DNA from: an uncultured Butyrivibrio sp.
Lineage (GTDB): Bacteria; Bacillota; Clostridia; Lachnospirales; Lachnospiraceae
Assembly: GCA_946536145.1 (NCBI GenBank)
Contig: CAMNEA010000005.1
Location: 16,998-80,997 of the forward strand
Reading direction: 5' to 3'
Length of the DNA stretch: 64,000 bases
A model generated the notes under the pieces. It saw nothing but the letters and a program-made list of their open reading frames with translations, ran no database searches and was not told where the DNA came from. This document shows, piece after piece, positions 51,710-60,815 of the stretch. The position numbers and the translations under genes were made by a program. Within the stretch, counting starts at the first letter, position 1. Every line of letters starts with the position of its first letter.

Positions 51710-53225
51710 TTTTGGCAAAAGAGCGGTCAGCATCATTTTCTTACTGTGCAGTATCTGGGTTGTGGCTATAGTCTTTTTCTTTCAGGGGCTTACCATCCCG
51801 TCCTGGGTGAGGAAGGAATTTCTTTTACCGAATTTCATACTTCTTGCGGCAGGGATTGTATTTGTTATGTTCCTTAAACTCCTGTTCGATAAGAGGGAGA
51901 TAAATATAAAGCGCGTCGCGCTTATAGTTTTTGTGCTTCAGGTGGCGGTTGTATACTGCTATTACTTCAGCTCTGACTGGGATGCAGGGTGCGTGCTCTC
52001 GAGGGCATGGAATGCCGCAACCGGAGCGGGGCTTGATGTTCCTGAGGGGTACTATTCGCAAAATACCAACAATGTGATGATGCACCTTCTGGAATACGGT
52101 GTATTCAGACTCTGCGTGCTCTGTGGCATAAAAGAGTACATAAAGGCATATTTTGTGCTGGTTGTCCTTAACTGTATCGTATACGGCCTTGTGGGAGTTA
52201 TGCTATATGACGCAGCGCTTCTTATAAACCATGGGCGAAGAGGGTCAGCCAACTTATGCTACTGCCTGTATGCCGCTCTTGTGATTTCTTCGCCGTGGGT
52301 AAGTGTCGTATATACTGACGGGATGGGGATAATGTTTCCCATACTCAATATCTGGCTCTATCTAAGGCATGTCAATAAAGAGAGATCTCTTTTACATGAA
52401 GTGCTCTTCCTGGCGTTTATGGGAGCGCTTGCACTTGTCTGCTATTCATTTAAGGCGACGACAGTAGTCTCGTCCATAGCGGTGGTTATATCTGAGCTTC
52501 TCCGCGTCCTTGGGACCGGGCGCAGCAGGCTGGTCAGGGACTTTTCCGGCTTTATTATGGGAATGGCGGCATTTTGTATTGTTTTTCTGGCTGCAGGGAG
52601 CGGATTTAAGATGCTGTATACCGCCTGCGGTGTGGTTCTGGACAAAGAGATGGCATGTCCTTTTACCCACTATCTCAAGATGGGATTCAATGACTACGAG
52701 GTAGGCACCTTCAACTTTGAGGATGCCGAAGAGTCGGCTTATATACAGACTTATCAGGAGAGGTATGACCAGAACCTCTCTAAGGCCAAGGAGAGAATAC
52801 GTGCGCTCCTGCCATTTGGGATATTTAAGTTTGAGGCGAGAAAATCGCTTGTGATCTACCATGACGGAACTTTTTCCTATGGAATAGAGGGTGAGTTCTA
52901 CGCAGACGGTCTTGCGGACAGGATTCCTGTGGCATCGCCATTCTTTAAGAGGATATTCTGGCACACCGGCGACCTGTATCCGTATCTGGCGCTTTTCCAG
53001 CAGATGCTGTGGCTGGTGGTGCTTGTCAGCAGTATTTTCTTTGGAAGCCCTAAAAACAGGAGCGGAGAGATTGCAATTAAGTTGACTATTATTGGGATAT
53101 TTCTTTTCCTTGCTCTGTTCGAGTCCAGGGCGAGATTTATTTTTGCTTATGTGCCGGTTTATATAGCTGCCGCGGCAGCTTCAATCGATAAATTATCTGA
53201 GAGATGGAGGGGAAATTTTGGATAA
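51690..53225 (+). CDS. GT-C-like membrane protein
   Basis: WDA, YYSQNTNN, YTD, HYLKMG, LFESRAR; similar layout to 47494. Confidence 0.65.
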   Translation: MMTALSDFGKRAVSIIFLLCSIWVVAIVFFFQGLTIPSWVRKEFLLPNFILLAAGIVFVMFLKLLFDKREINIKRVALIVFVLQVAVVYCYYFSSDWDAGCVLSRAWNAATGAGLDVPEGYYSQNTNNVMMHLLEYGVFRLCVLCGIKEYIKAYFVLVVLNCIVYGLVGVMLYDAALLINHGRRGSANLCYCLYAALVISSPWVSVVYTDGMGIMFPILNIWLYLRHVNKERSLLHEVLFLAFMGALALVCYSFKATTVVSSIAVVISELLRVLGTGRSRLVRDFSGFIMGMAAFCIVFLAAGSGFKMLYTACGVVLDKEMACPFTHYLKMGFNDYEVGTFNFEDAEESAYIQTYQERYDQNLSKAKERIRALLPFGIFKFEARKSLVIYHDGTFSYGIEGEFYADGLADRIPVASPFFKRIFWHTGDLYPYLALFQQMLWLVVLVSSIFFGSPKNRSGEIAIKLTIIGIFLFLALFESRARFIFAYVPVYIAAAAASIDKLSERWRGNFG

Positions 53226-54165
53226 GATAGCGGTCCTGATCCCGTGTTACAACGAGGAAAAAACAATAGCCAAGGTAGTACGGGATGCAAAAGAGGCACT
53301 GCCTGAAGCAACAATATATGTATATAACAATAACTCCCAGGACAGAACGGCGGAGATAGCTAAGCAGGCAGGAGCTGTTGTCAGGAATGAGTATATGCAG
53401 GGCAAGGGCAATGTGATAAGGCGCATGTTCAGGGAAATTGACGCGCTTGTTTATGTCATGGTGGATGGAGATGATACATATCCAATGGACTCAGCGCCCA
53501 AGATGGTGGATCTGGTTCTCAACCACAACTCTGACATGGTTGTCGGCGACAGGCTCTCCTCCACATATTATCAGGAGAACAAGAGGCCGTTCCACAATTT
53601 CGGCAACAACCTGGTTCGCGGCAGTATCAACAGGCTGTTCAAATGCAACATACGCGACATAATGACCGGATTCAGGGCTTTTTCCTATGAGTTTGTCAAG
53701 ACATTCCCTGTTCTGTCCAAGGGCTTTGAGATCGAGACAGAGATGACGATACACGCAGTCTACAACAATATGCAGATAGACAATGTGATAATTGATTACC
53801 GCGACAGACCCGAGGGGTCTGTGTCCAAGCTCAACACCTACGCTGACGGCTTTAAGGTACTTAGGACAATCGCAAGACTGTACCGCAGCTACAAGCCTTT
53901 TGGCTTTTTCGCGATAGTGGCAGCGATACTTGCGTTTATTTCGATTATTTTTCTGATCCCGATTTTCAAGGAGTACTGGCTGACGGGACTTGTTCCGAGG
54001 TTCCCTACACTGATCGTGTGCTGCTTTGTGATGATGTCGGCAGTTCTCAGTATTTTTGCGGGAACAATATTATCGACTCTTGCCATCAACAACAGGCGTG
54101 AATTTGAGATGCAGCTCAATATGCTGCAGAGACATAAAGAGACAGACGCAGCCAAGGGTATGTGA
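53218..54165 (+). CDS. GT2 polyprenol-phosphate glycosyltransferase with C-terminal TM helices
   Basis: IPCYNEE, QGKGNV, MVDGDDTY, DIMTGFRAFS, GFEIETE, SKLNT. Confidence 0.9.
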   Translation: MDKIAVLIPCYNEEKTIAKVVRDAKEALPEATIYVYNNNSQDRTAEIAKQAGAVVRNEYMQGKGNVIRRMFREIDALVYVMVDGDDTYPMDSAPKMVDLVLNHNSDMVVGDRLSSTYYQENKRPFHNFGNNLVRGSINRLFKCNIRDIMTGFRAFSYEFVKTFPVLSKGFEIETEMTIHAVYNNMQIDNVIIDYRDRPEGSVSKLNTYADGFKVLRTIARLYRSYKPFGFFAIVAAILAFISIIFLIPIFKEYWLTGLVPRFPTLIVCCFVMMSAVLSIFAGTILSTLAINNRREFEMQLNMLQRHKETDAAKGM

Positions 54166-54210
54166 TCCTGTGAAAAGCGTACCAAATGTGTATGAGCCGC
54201 CGACAAAAGC

Positions 54211-54237
54211 AAGTCTGCCCCGGACCGGGGCAGACTT
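54211..54237. terminator. Perfect 13-bp inverted repeat; possible terminator or stabilising hairpin
   Basis: AAGTCTGCCCCGG-A-CCGGGGCAGACTT, 45 bp after the GT2 stop; no U tract on +. Confidence 0.45.
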
Positions 54238-54240
54238 CGC

Positions 54241-54549
54241 AGTAGATATCCGTTCCCAAAATCTACTACGGAGAGAAATTTGCTCACTCTCGTAGGAAAA
54301 ATCAGGAGATATTCATTCAAAAAATCTACTACAAAGAGAAATTTGCTCACTCTCGTAGGAAAAATCAGGAGATATTCATTCAAAAAATCTACTACGAAGA
54401 GAAATTTGCTCACTCTCGTAGGGAAAAATAGTAGATACCCGTCCCAAAAAATCTACTACAAAGAGGAATTTGCCCTTTCCCCGTAGGAAAATCAGGTGAT
54501 TTTTGCCGAGAAAACCTACTACAAGGAGAATTTTACACGTTTTCGTAGG
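54241..54549. repeat. Tandem array of ~5 palindromic 63-bp units
   Basis: CTACTAC starts at 54263, 54326, 54389, 54453 and 54516. Each unit carries CTAC(G/A)..GAG...CTCTCGTAG. Confidence 0.9.
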
Positions 54550-54572
54550 TTGAGTCAGTCATGATTCAGGAG

Positions 54573-55160
54573 ACAATCGTCAAGTTAAGCATTCTTAGAT
54601 GAAATTACAGAAATCCGCACTGGCTGCGGATTTCTTGAGAACATGATTCAGAAGTCAACCAATCGCTGCGACGAAGTCGCCTTCAAATGGCCTATTTGAG
54701 GTATTCTTACAGACAAAAGAGGAAATAGTCCGCAAGAATCCGGCTTAAAAAAAGTCATAAGGAATCCACCACAAGTGGTACCACCTCTATGACCAGACAT
54801 GCAGGACACGCCCCTCGCATTGCGAAAACCTGGTCCAATACGATTCCATTCTTTCTGATGAAAATAAGAATAAAGATTTCCTGCTCAAGAACAGGAAAGA
54901 AAAATTAGCCGCCTATCAGCTGTTCAAAGATCCGGAGCCTGAGGTAATAAAGCAGCCACCCTGCCACGGCAGGGCTTGTCCTTGATGCCCATAAATCAGA
55001 ATGCTAAGCTGAGAAAACAGATGGTGAGTTAGATCAGCTGCTCATGAGTCTATCGCCGTCGGTGATAGACAAATAGCATTCTGATTTATGGGGGTCAAGG
55101 ATGGCGGACACAGCAACTACATCTATATCAGGAAACAATTTACACCACATCTAGGACTTG
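54573..55160. repeat. Hairpin-rich non-coding element, copy 1
   Basis: Shares ACAATCGTCAAGTTA, CCCTCGC..TGCGA..ACCTGGTCCAATA...CTTTCTGATGAAAA.AAGAAT and CAGCTGCTCATGAGTCTATCGCC...TAGGACTTG blocks with 55487-55791. Confidence 0.75.
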
Positions 55161-55163
55161 ACT

Positions 55164-55486
55164 GTCTAGGTCAACAATCACAATTGAAAATAAAGAACAG
55201 ACCGGGCAAAGTTTCACCTAGAAAGCCTATTTTGCTTGTCTAGGTCAAAAATTACAATTTAAATAAAGAACAGACCGGGCAAAGTTTCACCTAGAAAGCC
55301 TATTATGCTTGTCAGGGTCAAAAATAATAATTGATAATACAGAATTGATCGGGCAAAGTTTCACCTAGAAAAGCATATTAGCTCGTTCAGGTCAAAAAAC
55401 ATCATTGAAAATAAAGAACAGACCGGGTAAAGTTTCACCTAGAAAGCCTATTATGCTTGTCAGGGTCAAAAATCATCATTGACAAT
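55164..55486. repeat. Tandem array of four 73-74-bp units plus a partial unit
   Basis: Units start at 55164, 55238, 55311, 55385 and 55459. Core: GGTCAA...AAATAAAGAACAGACCGGGCAAAGTTTCACCTAGAAAGCCTATT. Confidence 0.9.
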
Positions 55487-55791
55487 ACAATCGTCAAGTT
55501 ATGACTTCTTGAACGCAAAGATGAAAATGCGTTCAAGAATCCTGCGTTCCGCAGGAAAGGCCCTCGCTTTGCGAGGACCTGGTCCAATAGGATTTCCTTC
55601 TTTCTGATGAAAACAAGAATCAAAAATTTCCTGCTCTGGAGCAGCAAAAATGAATAAATCTCATAACAGCTGCTCATGAGTCTATCGCCATCGGTGATGA
55701 CAGATAAGCGCCCTGATTTATGGGGGTCAAGGATGGCGGACACAGCCACTACATTTATATCAGGACATATTTTCACTACATATAGGACTTG
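55487..55791. repeat. Hairpin-rich non-coding element, copy 2 (shorter)
   Basis: Diverged direct copy of 54573-55160 lacking internal segments. Confidence 0.75.
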
Positions 55792-55840
55792 GCTAATGAC
55801 ATGAAATCAAGGAATACAATAATCGTAAAACCGATAATTT

Positions 55841-55857
55841 CTTAAGACTTTCTTAAG
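55841..55857. promoter_or_regulatory. Putative OmpR/PhoB-family response-regulator box
   Basis: CTTAAG-N5-CTTAAG direct repeat with 11-bp period. Confidence 0.4.
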
Positions 55858-55947
55858 ATTAACGGCAGAAATGATTAATTTTTGACTCTTCCTATTTTCA
55901 TTTTAAAAATCGGTGATAAAATAGCTTTTGAAAAGCGAGGAGTTAAA

Positions 55948-57480
55948 ATGAAAAACAAGTTCAATTTACTGATTTCAACAGCCATAACGATATCTATGAT
56001 TCTGAGCGGGTGCTCATCTGAGGCGCCGGAGGCAACTGAGGCAACAGAATTTTTGAATGATGAAACAGGCATTAGCGCAGGTGCGGGAGATTCATCTGAT
56101 GACTCCGCATCAGCCGATCAGTCGATTATCATAATTGACAAGCTTATTGAGCCACTGCTTGAAGATGAAGCAGGAGATAACACAAAGAGCACGGCAAATG
56201 CCGGCGATGATAACGCAGATGCTTCGGACAGCGCCGCAGCCACCGATAGCGCTTCAACTGAAAGCAAGTCCGCTGATGGAGATAATTCGGAGAGCCAGAG
56301 CGATTCAGCTGCTGACAGAAAGTCTGACGACAGCAGTAAGACCGGCAACAGCACTGATGCAAAAGAAAGTGATGCCTCTTCAGAAAAAGCGAGCGCAGCA
56401 GAAACTAAGACCTCTGACTCGGCAGCAACTGCTAAATCCACAGGTAAATCCAAGAGCAAGAAGAGCTCTGATACTTCAGATAAGAGTGATTCGTCTTCAA
56501 CCGAAAAGTCTGAGTCATCTGATGACAAGAAGAAAAAAGAAGATGACAAGGTTGAGATAGTATTCTTTGGTGACAGCCAGATAGCAGGCGGAAGAAAGGA
56601 TCAGACAGACATCGCTACTTACGTGGGAAACAGAGTTCCCAATTCCGTGGTTTATAACCTTGGCATAGGTGGAACAACCGGCTCAGTTGAGGCAAGTACA
56701 AGCGAGATTGATCCGTCCGAGCTCCATTCTACTTCATTCCTTGGAATGACATACTGCCTTGCGGGTGAATCGGACAGAGAGGCTACACTGGCTAATAACC
56801 CCGATGTCTTGGAGACAATGAACAAGGTTGATCCCGAGAAGGTTGACTATTACTTTATTGAGTACGGAACCAACGATTTCATCAACAATGTTCCGCTTGA
56901 TATGTCGATGTACGCAACGGACGGCGAGCAGTTTCACGCATTTTACAATGCTATGTGCAAGGGAATAGATGTCCTTTCGGAGATCAGCCCTGATGCTCAG
57001 TTTATAATAATGACGCCGTTCTATGGAATTTATGTAGCTGACGACGGATCGTATATCGGAGATTCATATATAGTCAGCAATGGTACGGGAACACTTGCGG
57101 ATTATGCAAGAAAGGCCATAAATGTCTCTGAGGACAGGGAGCTGTATTATTTTGACGGAATGTTTATCTCAAAATGCGATCTCTACCTGGACACTGCAGA
57201 CAAGTATCTGTTAGACAATCTGCATCTCAATGTCACCGGGCGGCAGATCATGGGCAGGCTTCTTGCTCATTATGTAAACTACCTTGAGGAGAATGAGCCC
57301 TTTGCCTATCTTGATTCTGATTTTATCAAGATTGCAGAGTTCGATCCCGATGAGGATTACAGGCTGGATGAGCATGTGATGAAGGAGAACTACCCCGAGT
57401 CCTGGGCCAAGTACATCAGGGGAGTTTATCCTCTTGCTCAGCCGTCAAAAGAAGCGCTAGAGAAGTACGGCGACAACTGA
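55948..57480 (+). CDS. SGNH/GDSL hydrolase lipoprotein with a Ser/Asp/Thr/Lys-rich linker
   Basis: Lipobox LSGC; low-complexity linker; FGDS, NLGIGG, GTND, DNLH. GAGGAG RBS. Confidence 0.85.
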   Translation: MKNKFNLLISTAITISMILSGCSSEAPEATEATEFLNDETGISAGAGDSSDDSASADQSIIIIDKLIEPLLEDEAGDNTKSTANAGDDNADASDSAAATDSASTESKSADGDNSESQSDSAADRKSDDSSKTGNSTDAKESDASSEKASAAETKTSDSAATAKSTGKSKSKKSSDTSDKSDSSSTEKSESSDDKKKKEDDKVEIVFFGDSQIAGGRKDQTDIATYVGNRVPNSVVYNLGIGGTTGSVEASTSEIDPSELHSTSFLGMTYCLAGESDREATLANNPDVLETMNKVDPEKVDYYFIEYGTNDFINNVPLDMSMYATDGEQFHAFYNAMCKGIDVLSEISPDAQFIIMTPFYGIYVADDGSYIGDSYIVSNGTGTLADYARKAINVSEDRELYYFDGMFISKCDLYLDTADKYLLDNLHLNVTGRQIMGRLLAHYVNYLEENEPFAYLDSDFIKIAEFDPDEDYRLDEHVMKENYPESWAKYIRGVYPLAQPSKEALEKYGDN

Positions 57481-57523
57481 AATGACCTGATGCGACAAAT
57501 ACAAATATAGACCAATACATAAC

Positions 57524-57583
57524 AAAAAACGTCAAGGATATGCGCGACTTGCAAAAAAGCGGCATTACTTTGACGTTTTTTTT
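57524..57583 (+). terminator. Terminator-like hairpin (possibly bidirectional)
   Basis: AAAAAACGTCAA...TTGACGTTTTTTTT stem with A and T tails. Confidence 0.55.
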
Positions 57584-57605
57584 AATGGGATTGGACCGTG
57601 ACAGG

Positions 57606-57634
57606 TGTACAAATTAAGGCGGTTAGGTTATACT
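57606..57634 (+). promoter_or_regulatory. putative sigma-A promoter
   Basis: TGTACA-N17-TATACT upstream of ATG 57673. Confidence 0.3.
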
Positions 57635-57672
57635 ACTTATAATTATGTGATTATTTCAGGAAGGGTAAATGT

Positions 57673-59259
57673 ATGAAGAAGGCGCTAATTATAGGTGCGG
57701 GACCTGCAGGACTGACAGCGGCATACGAGCTGCTTACGAAATCCGATGATTATCAGGTAATAGTTTTTGAGGAGACAGACAAGTTTGGCGGTATATCTAG
57801 GACCGTTGAGTACAAGGGAAACAGGATGGATATGGGCGGCCATAGATTCTTTTCCAAAGTACCTGAGGTCAACGAGTGGTGGGAGAAGATGCTCCCGCAG
57901 CAGGGTGCACCGACATACGATGATATAGTTTTAAAGCGCCCCATGAAGATGAAAGCGGGCGGCCCGGATCCGGAGAAGACTGACAGAGTAATGCTCAGGC
58001 GCAACAGGGTATCCAGGATATTTTTCGACAGGAAGTTCTATGATTATCCCATCTCACTTAAGTTTGAGACCTTTAAGAACATGGGGCTTGTCAAGACCAT
58101 CGAGTGCGGATTTTCATATATCTTCGCTATGATCTTTAAGAGAAAAGAGAGATCGCTTGAGGATTTCTATGTAAATCGCTTCGGGCGCAAGCTCTATTCG
58201 ATGTTTTTTGAATATTATACAGAGAATCTCTGGGGCAGGCATCCGTCTGAGATCGATCCTTCGTGGGGAGCACAGAGAGTTAAGGGCGTATCCATTCTCG
58301 CTGTATTAAAGAACGCTTTCCGCAAGAAGTCTGGCAAGACGGGCGGCAAGGTGGAGACTTCCCTCATCGAGGAGTTCAGCTATCCCAAGCTCGGACCCGG
58401 TCAGCTCTGGGATGTTACTGCAGAGGAGATCAAAAAGCTCGGCGGAACCATCATCATGAATGCCAAGGTTGTCGGAATCAGGAAGGATGGCAATCATTTA
58501 AAGGGTGTGACTTATCTCCAGGATGGCAAAGAGATCGAGATCGACGGCGATGTAGTGATCAGCTCCATGCCGGTCAAGGATCTCGTAGAGGGCATGAACG
58601 ATGTACCCGAGGATCCGAAGAGGATCGCGAAGGGGCTTCCTTACAGGGATTATATGACACTCGGCGTTCTTGTTCCCAAGCTCAATCTTGTGAACAAGAC
58701 CAATATCAGGACGATCGGCAATATTGTTCCGGATAACTGGGTTTATGTTCAGGACAGAACTGTCAAGATGGGACGTTTCCAGATCTACAACAACTGGTCA
58801 CCTTATCTTGTCAAGGATCTTGAGCACACTGTGTGGGTCGGACTTGAATATTTCTGCTTTGAAGGCGATTCAATGTGGAACATGACAGAGGATGAGTTCG
58901 CGAAGATGGCTATAGATGAGATGGTCACACTCAATCTTATCAGCAAGCCCTCTGAGGTGATCGACTACCACATGGAGAGAGTTAAGAAGGCTTATCCTGC
59001 TTACTTTGACACCTACGATGAGATGGACAAGCTGGTTGCTTACCTCAATACCATTGACAATCTCTACTGCGTCGGACGAAACGGCCAGCACAGATACAAC
59101 AATATCGATCACTCAATGTGCACTTCTTTTGAGACGGTCAAGAATATCCTCAGCGGCACCAGCGACAGGAGCAATATCTGGAACGTAAACACCGAGAAGG
59201 AATATCACGAGTCAGATGAAAAGAAAGATGCGACAGAGGATGAGGTTGAGGTTGACTGA
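57673..59259 (+). CDS. FAD-dependent oxidoreductase (HemY/UDP-galactopyranose-mutase-like superfamily)
   Basis: [51 protein letters not shown]. Confidence 0.85.
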   Translation: MKKALIIGAGPAGLTAAYELLTKSDDYQVIVFEETDKFGGISRTVEYKGNRMDMGGHRFFSKVPEVNEWWEKMLPQQGAPTYDDIVLKRPMKMKAGGPDPEKTDRVMLRRNRVSRIFFDRKFYDYPISLKFETFKNMGLVKTIECGFSYIFAMIFKRKERSLEDFYVNRFGRKLYSMFFEYYTENLWGRHPSEIDPSWGAQRVKGVSILAVLKNAFRKKSGKTGGKVETSLIEEFSYPKLGPGQLWDVTAEEIKKLGGTIIMNAKVVGIRKDGNHLKGVTYLQDGKEIEIDGDVVISSMPVKDLVEGMNDVPEDPKRIAKGLPYRDYMTLGVLVPKLNLVNKTNIRTIGNIVPDNWVYVQDRTVKMGRFQIYNNWSPYLVKDLEHTVWVGLEYFCFEGDSMWNMTEDEFAKMAIDEMVTLNLISKPSEVIDYHMERVKKAYPAYFDTYDEMDKLVAYLNTIDNLYCVGRNGQHRYNNIDHSMCTSFETVKNILSGTSDRSNIWNVNTEKEYHESDEKKDATEDEVEVD

Positions 59260-59342
59260 TCACTGAATCACATTAATCTATCTTGGAATTTTTACTCGGA
59301 GCTACATCGTGGCTCCGAGTTTGTTGCGGAAAGGGAAGCCTG

Positions 59343-60806
59343 ATGCAGTTTGTATCCTTTGGATTTCTGGTGTTTCTGCCTGTGGCAGTGCTCATAAATT
59401 TCATAGTGCCGAGGAAGTACAGATATATATGGCTTTTTGTGACAAGCGTGGTTTTTTACCTGTCACTGGACCTTATGGCCTTTGCGGTACTGGCAGGGAC
59501 GATCCTTGTGAACTTTGCGGGAGGACTTTTGATTGGACGAAGCGCCTTTCCTGATAAGGAAAAGGGGCTTTCCGAGATAGTCACAGCTCCTGACAAGACT
59601 GCTGATCGCCGGTCACATAAAGGTACCGTGCTTTTTGCTCTGCTTATCCTGATCGACCTTGCCGCACTTTTTATATTCAGGAGCGGCAGCATAATCGGTG
59701 CGATAGGGATCTCATTCTACATGCTAAAGACAATAGGATACCTGGTGGACGTATATAAGGGCAGCATCAGACCTGAGAAGAACTTCGTGATGTTTGCGCT
59801 GTTTGTATCATTCTTCCCTCAGGTGGTATCGGGACCCATAGACAGGGCGGGCAATCTCCTGCCGCAGTTTGTTTATCCCGTGACGGTTGACTTTGACAGG
59901 CTGCGCGAGGGACTTCTGCAGATGCTCTGGGGCTATATCCTAAAGCTCGTACTCGCTGACAGGCTTGCCATCTTTGTGGGGGCGGTCTTTGATGCGCCCG
60001 GCTCCTACCCCGGGACAGTTGTATTCATAGCAACTGTTTTCTATACATTTGAGATCTACTGCGACTTTGCAGGCTATTCGAACATCGCTATAGGCGCAGC
60101 GAAGATACTTGGGATCGATGTTAAAAAGAACTTTGATGTGCCTTACCTTGCTGCATCCATCCCGGAGTTCTGGAGGAGATGGCACATTTCCCTCTCTTCA
60201 TGGCTAAGAGACTACGTATATATTCCACTTGGCGGCAACAGGAAGGGCACTGCAAGAAAGTACCTCAACATCCTGATTGTCTTTGCGGTGAGCGGGATAT
60301 GGCATGGAAGCGGGCTGACATTTCTTGTATGGGGTATGCTCCACGGATTTTATCAGGTCATCGGATATCTCTTAAAGCCGTTAAGGGACAGGGGGGCAGC
60401 ACTTTTTGGGATTGAGAGGAGCTCTTTTTCCCACAGGGCGATCAAGGTCATTGTCACATTCATGCTTGTCAATATAGCCTGGGTGTTCTTCAGGGCAGAC
60501 AGCCTCGAAACGGCACTTGTTGTTCTGAGAAGGAGCCTTGAGTTTACTCCCTGGGCGATTTTTGATGGGAGCATCTTTGCGCCCGGACTTAACTACAGGA
60601 ATCTGTGTCTGCTTGCCATGGGGCTTCTTGTCATGGCTGTCGTTGACATCTTTGAGTACAGGGGAGTCGATATCTTCGGCAGGGTCATAGCCCAGGGAAT
60701 ATGGCTTAGATGGCTCGTTGCGATAGGAGGCGTTCTTCTTGTGCTTATATGCGGCATCTGGGGACCCGGATACGATGCAGCAAGCTTTATTTATCAGCAG
60801 TTCTAG
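59343..60806 (+). CDS. MBOAT family O-acyltransferase (AlgI/DltB-like)
   Basis: IGISFY, FFPQVVSGPI, IYCDFAGYS.IA.G, FWRRWHISLS, SGIWHG, FIYQQF. Confidence 0.9.
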   Translation: MQFVSFGFLVFLPVAVLINFIVPRKYRYIWLFVTSVVFYLSLDLMAFAVLAGTILVNFAGGLLIGRSAFPDKEKGLSEIVTAPDKTADRRSHKGTVLFALLILIDLAALFIFRSGSIIGAIGISFYMLKTIGYLVDVYKGSIRPEKNFVMFALFVSFFPQVVSGPIDRAGNLLPQFVYPVTVDFDRLREGLLQMLWGYILKLVLADRLAIFVGAVFDAPGSYPGTVVFIATVFYTFEIYCDFAGYSNIAIGAAKILGIDVKKNFDVPYLAASIPEFWRRWHISLSSWLRDYVYIPLGGNRKGTARKYLNILIVFAVSGIWHGSGLTFLVWGMLHGFYQVIGYLLKPLRDRGAALFGIERSSFSHRAIKVIVTFMLVNIAWVFFRADSLETALVVLRRSLEFTPWAIFDGSIFAPGLNYRNLCLLAMGLLVMAVVDIFEYRGVDIFGRVIAQGIWLRWLVAIGGVLLVLICGIWGPGYDAASFIYQQF

Positions 60807-60815
60807 GAAGTGGGT

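Noticed and set aside
50831-51736. Long antisense ORFs (this 301-aa one, also 5970..6815, 10353..10961, 40497..41177, 62991..63626)
   Set aside because: They are shadows of well-supported + strand genes and carry no motifs.
53889-54486. ORFs with 21-aa repeats (53889..54413 minus; 54280..54486 plus)
   Set aside because: They are a by-product of the 63-bp period, have no RBS, and one overlaps the GT2 antisense.
54241-54549. CRISPR array: 63-bp period, and the minus strand AATTTCTCTTTGTAGTAGAT resembles a Cas12a repeat end
   Set aside because: The would-be spacers are identical or related to one another, the UCUAC/GUAGA stem is broken, the repeats are degenerate and no cas genes are in the window.
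54855-54902. Hammerhead ribozyme (CTGATGA...GAAA)
   Set aside because: No stem II directly follows CUGAUGA, no stem I/III pairing was found, and the GAAA is not kept in copy 2.
55164-55486. CRISPR array
   Set aside because: The units are similar along their whole length, so there are no unique spacers.
55435-55776. 113-aa minus-strand ORF
   Set aside because: No RBS or recognisable motif, and it lies wholly in repeat-derived sequence.
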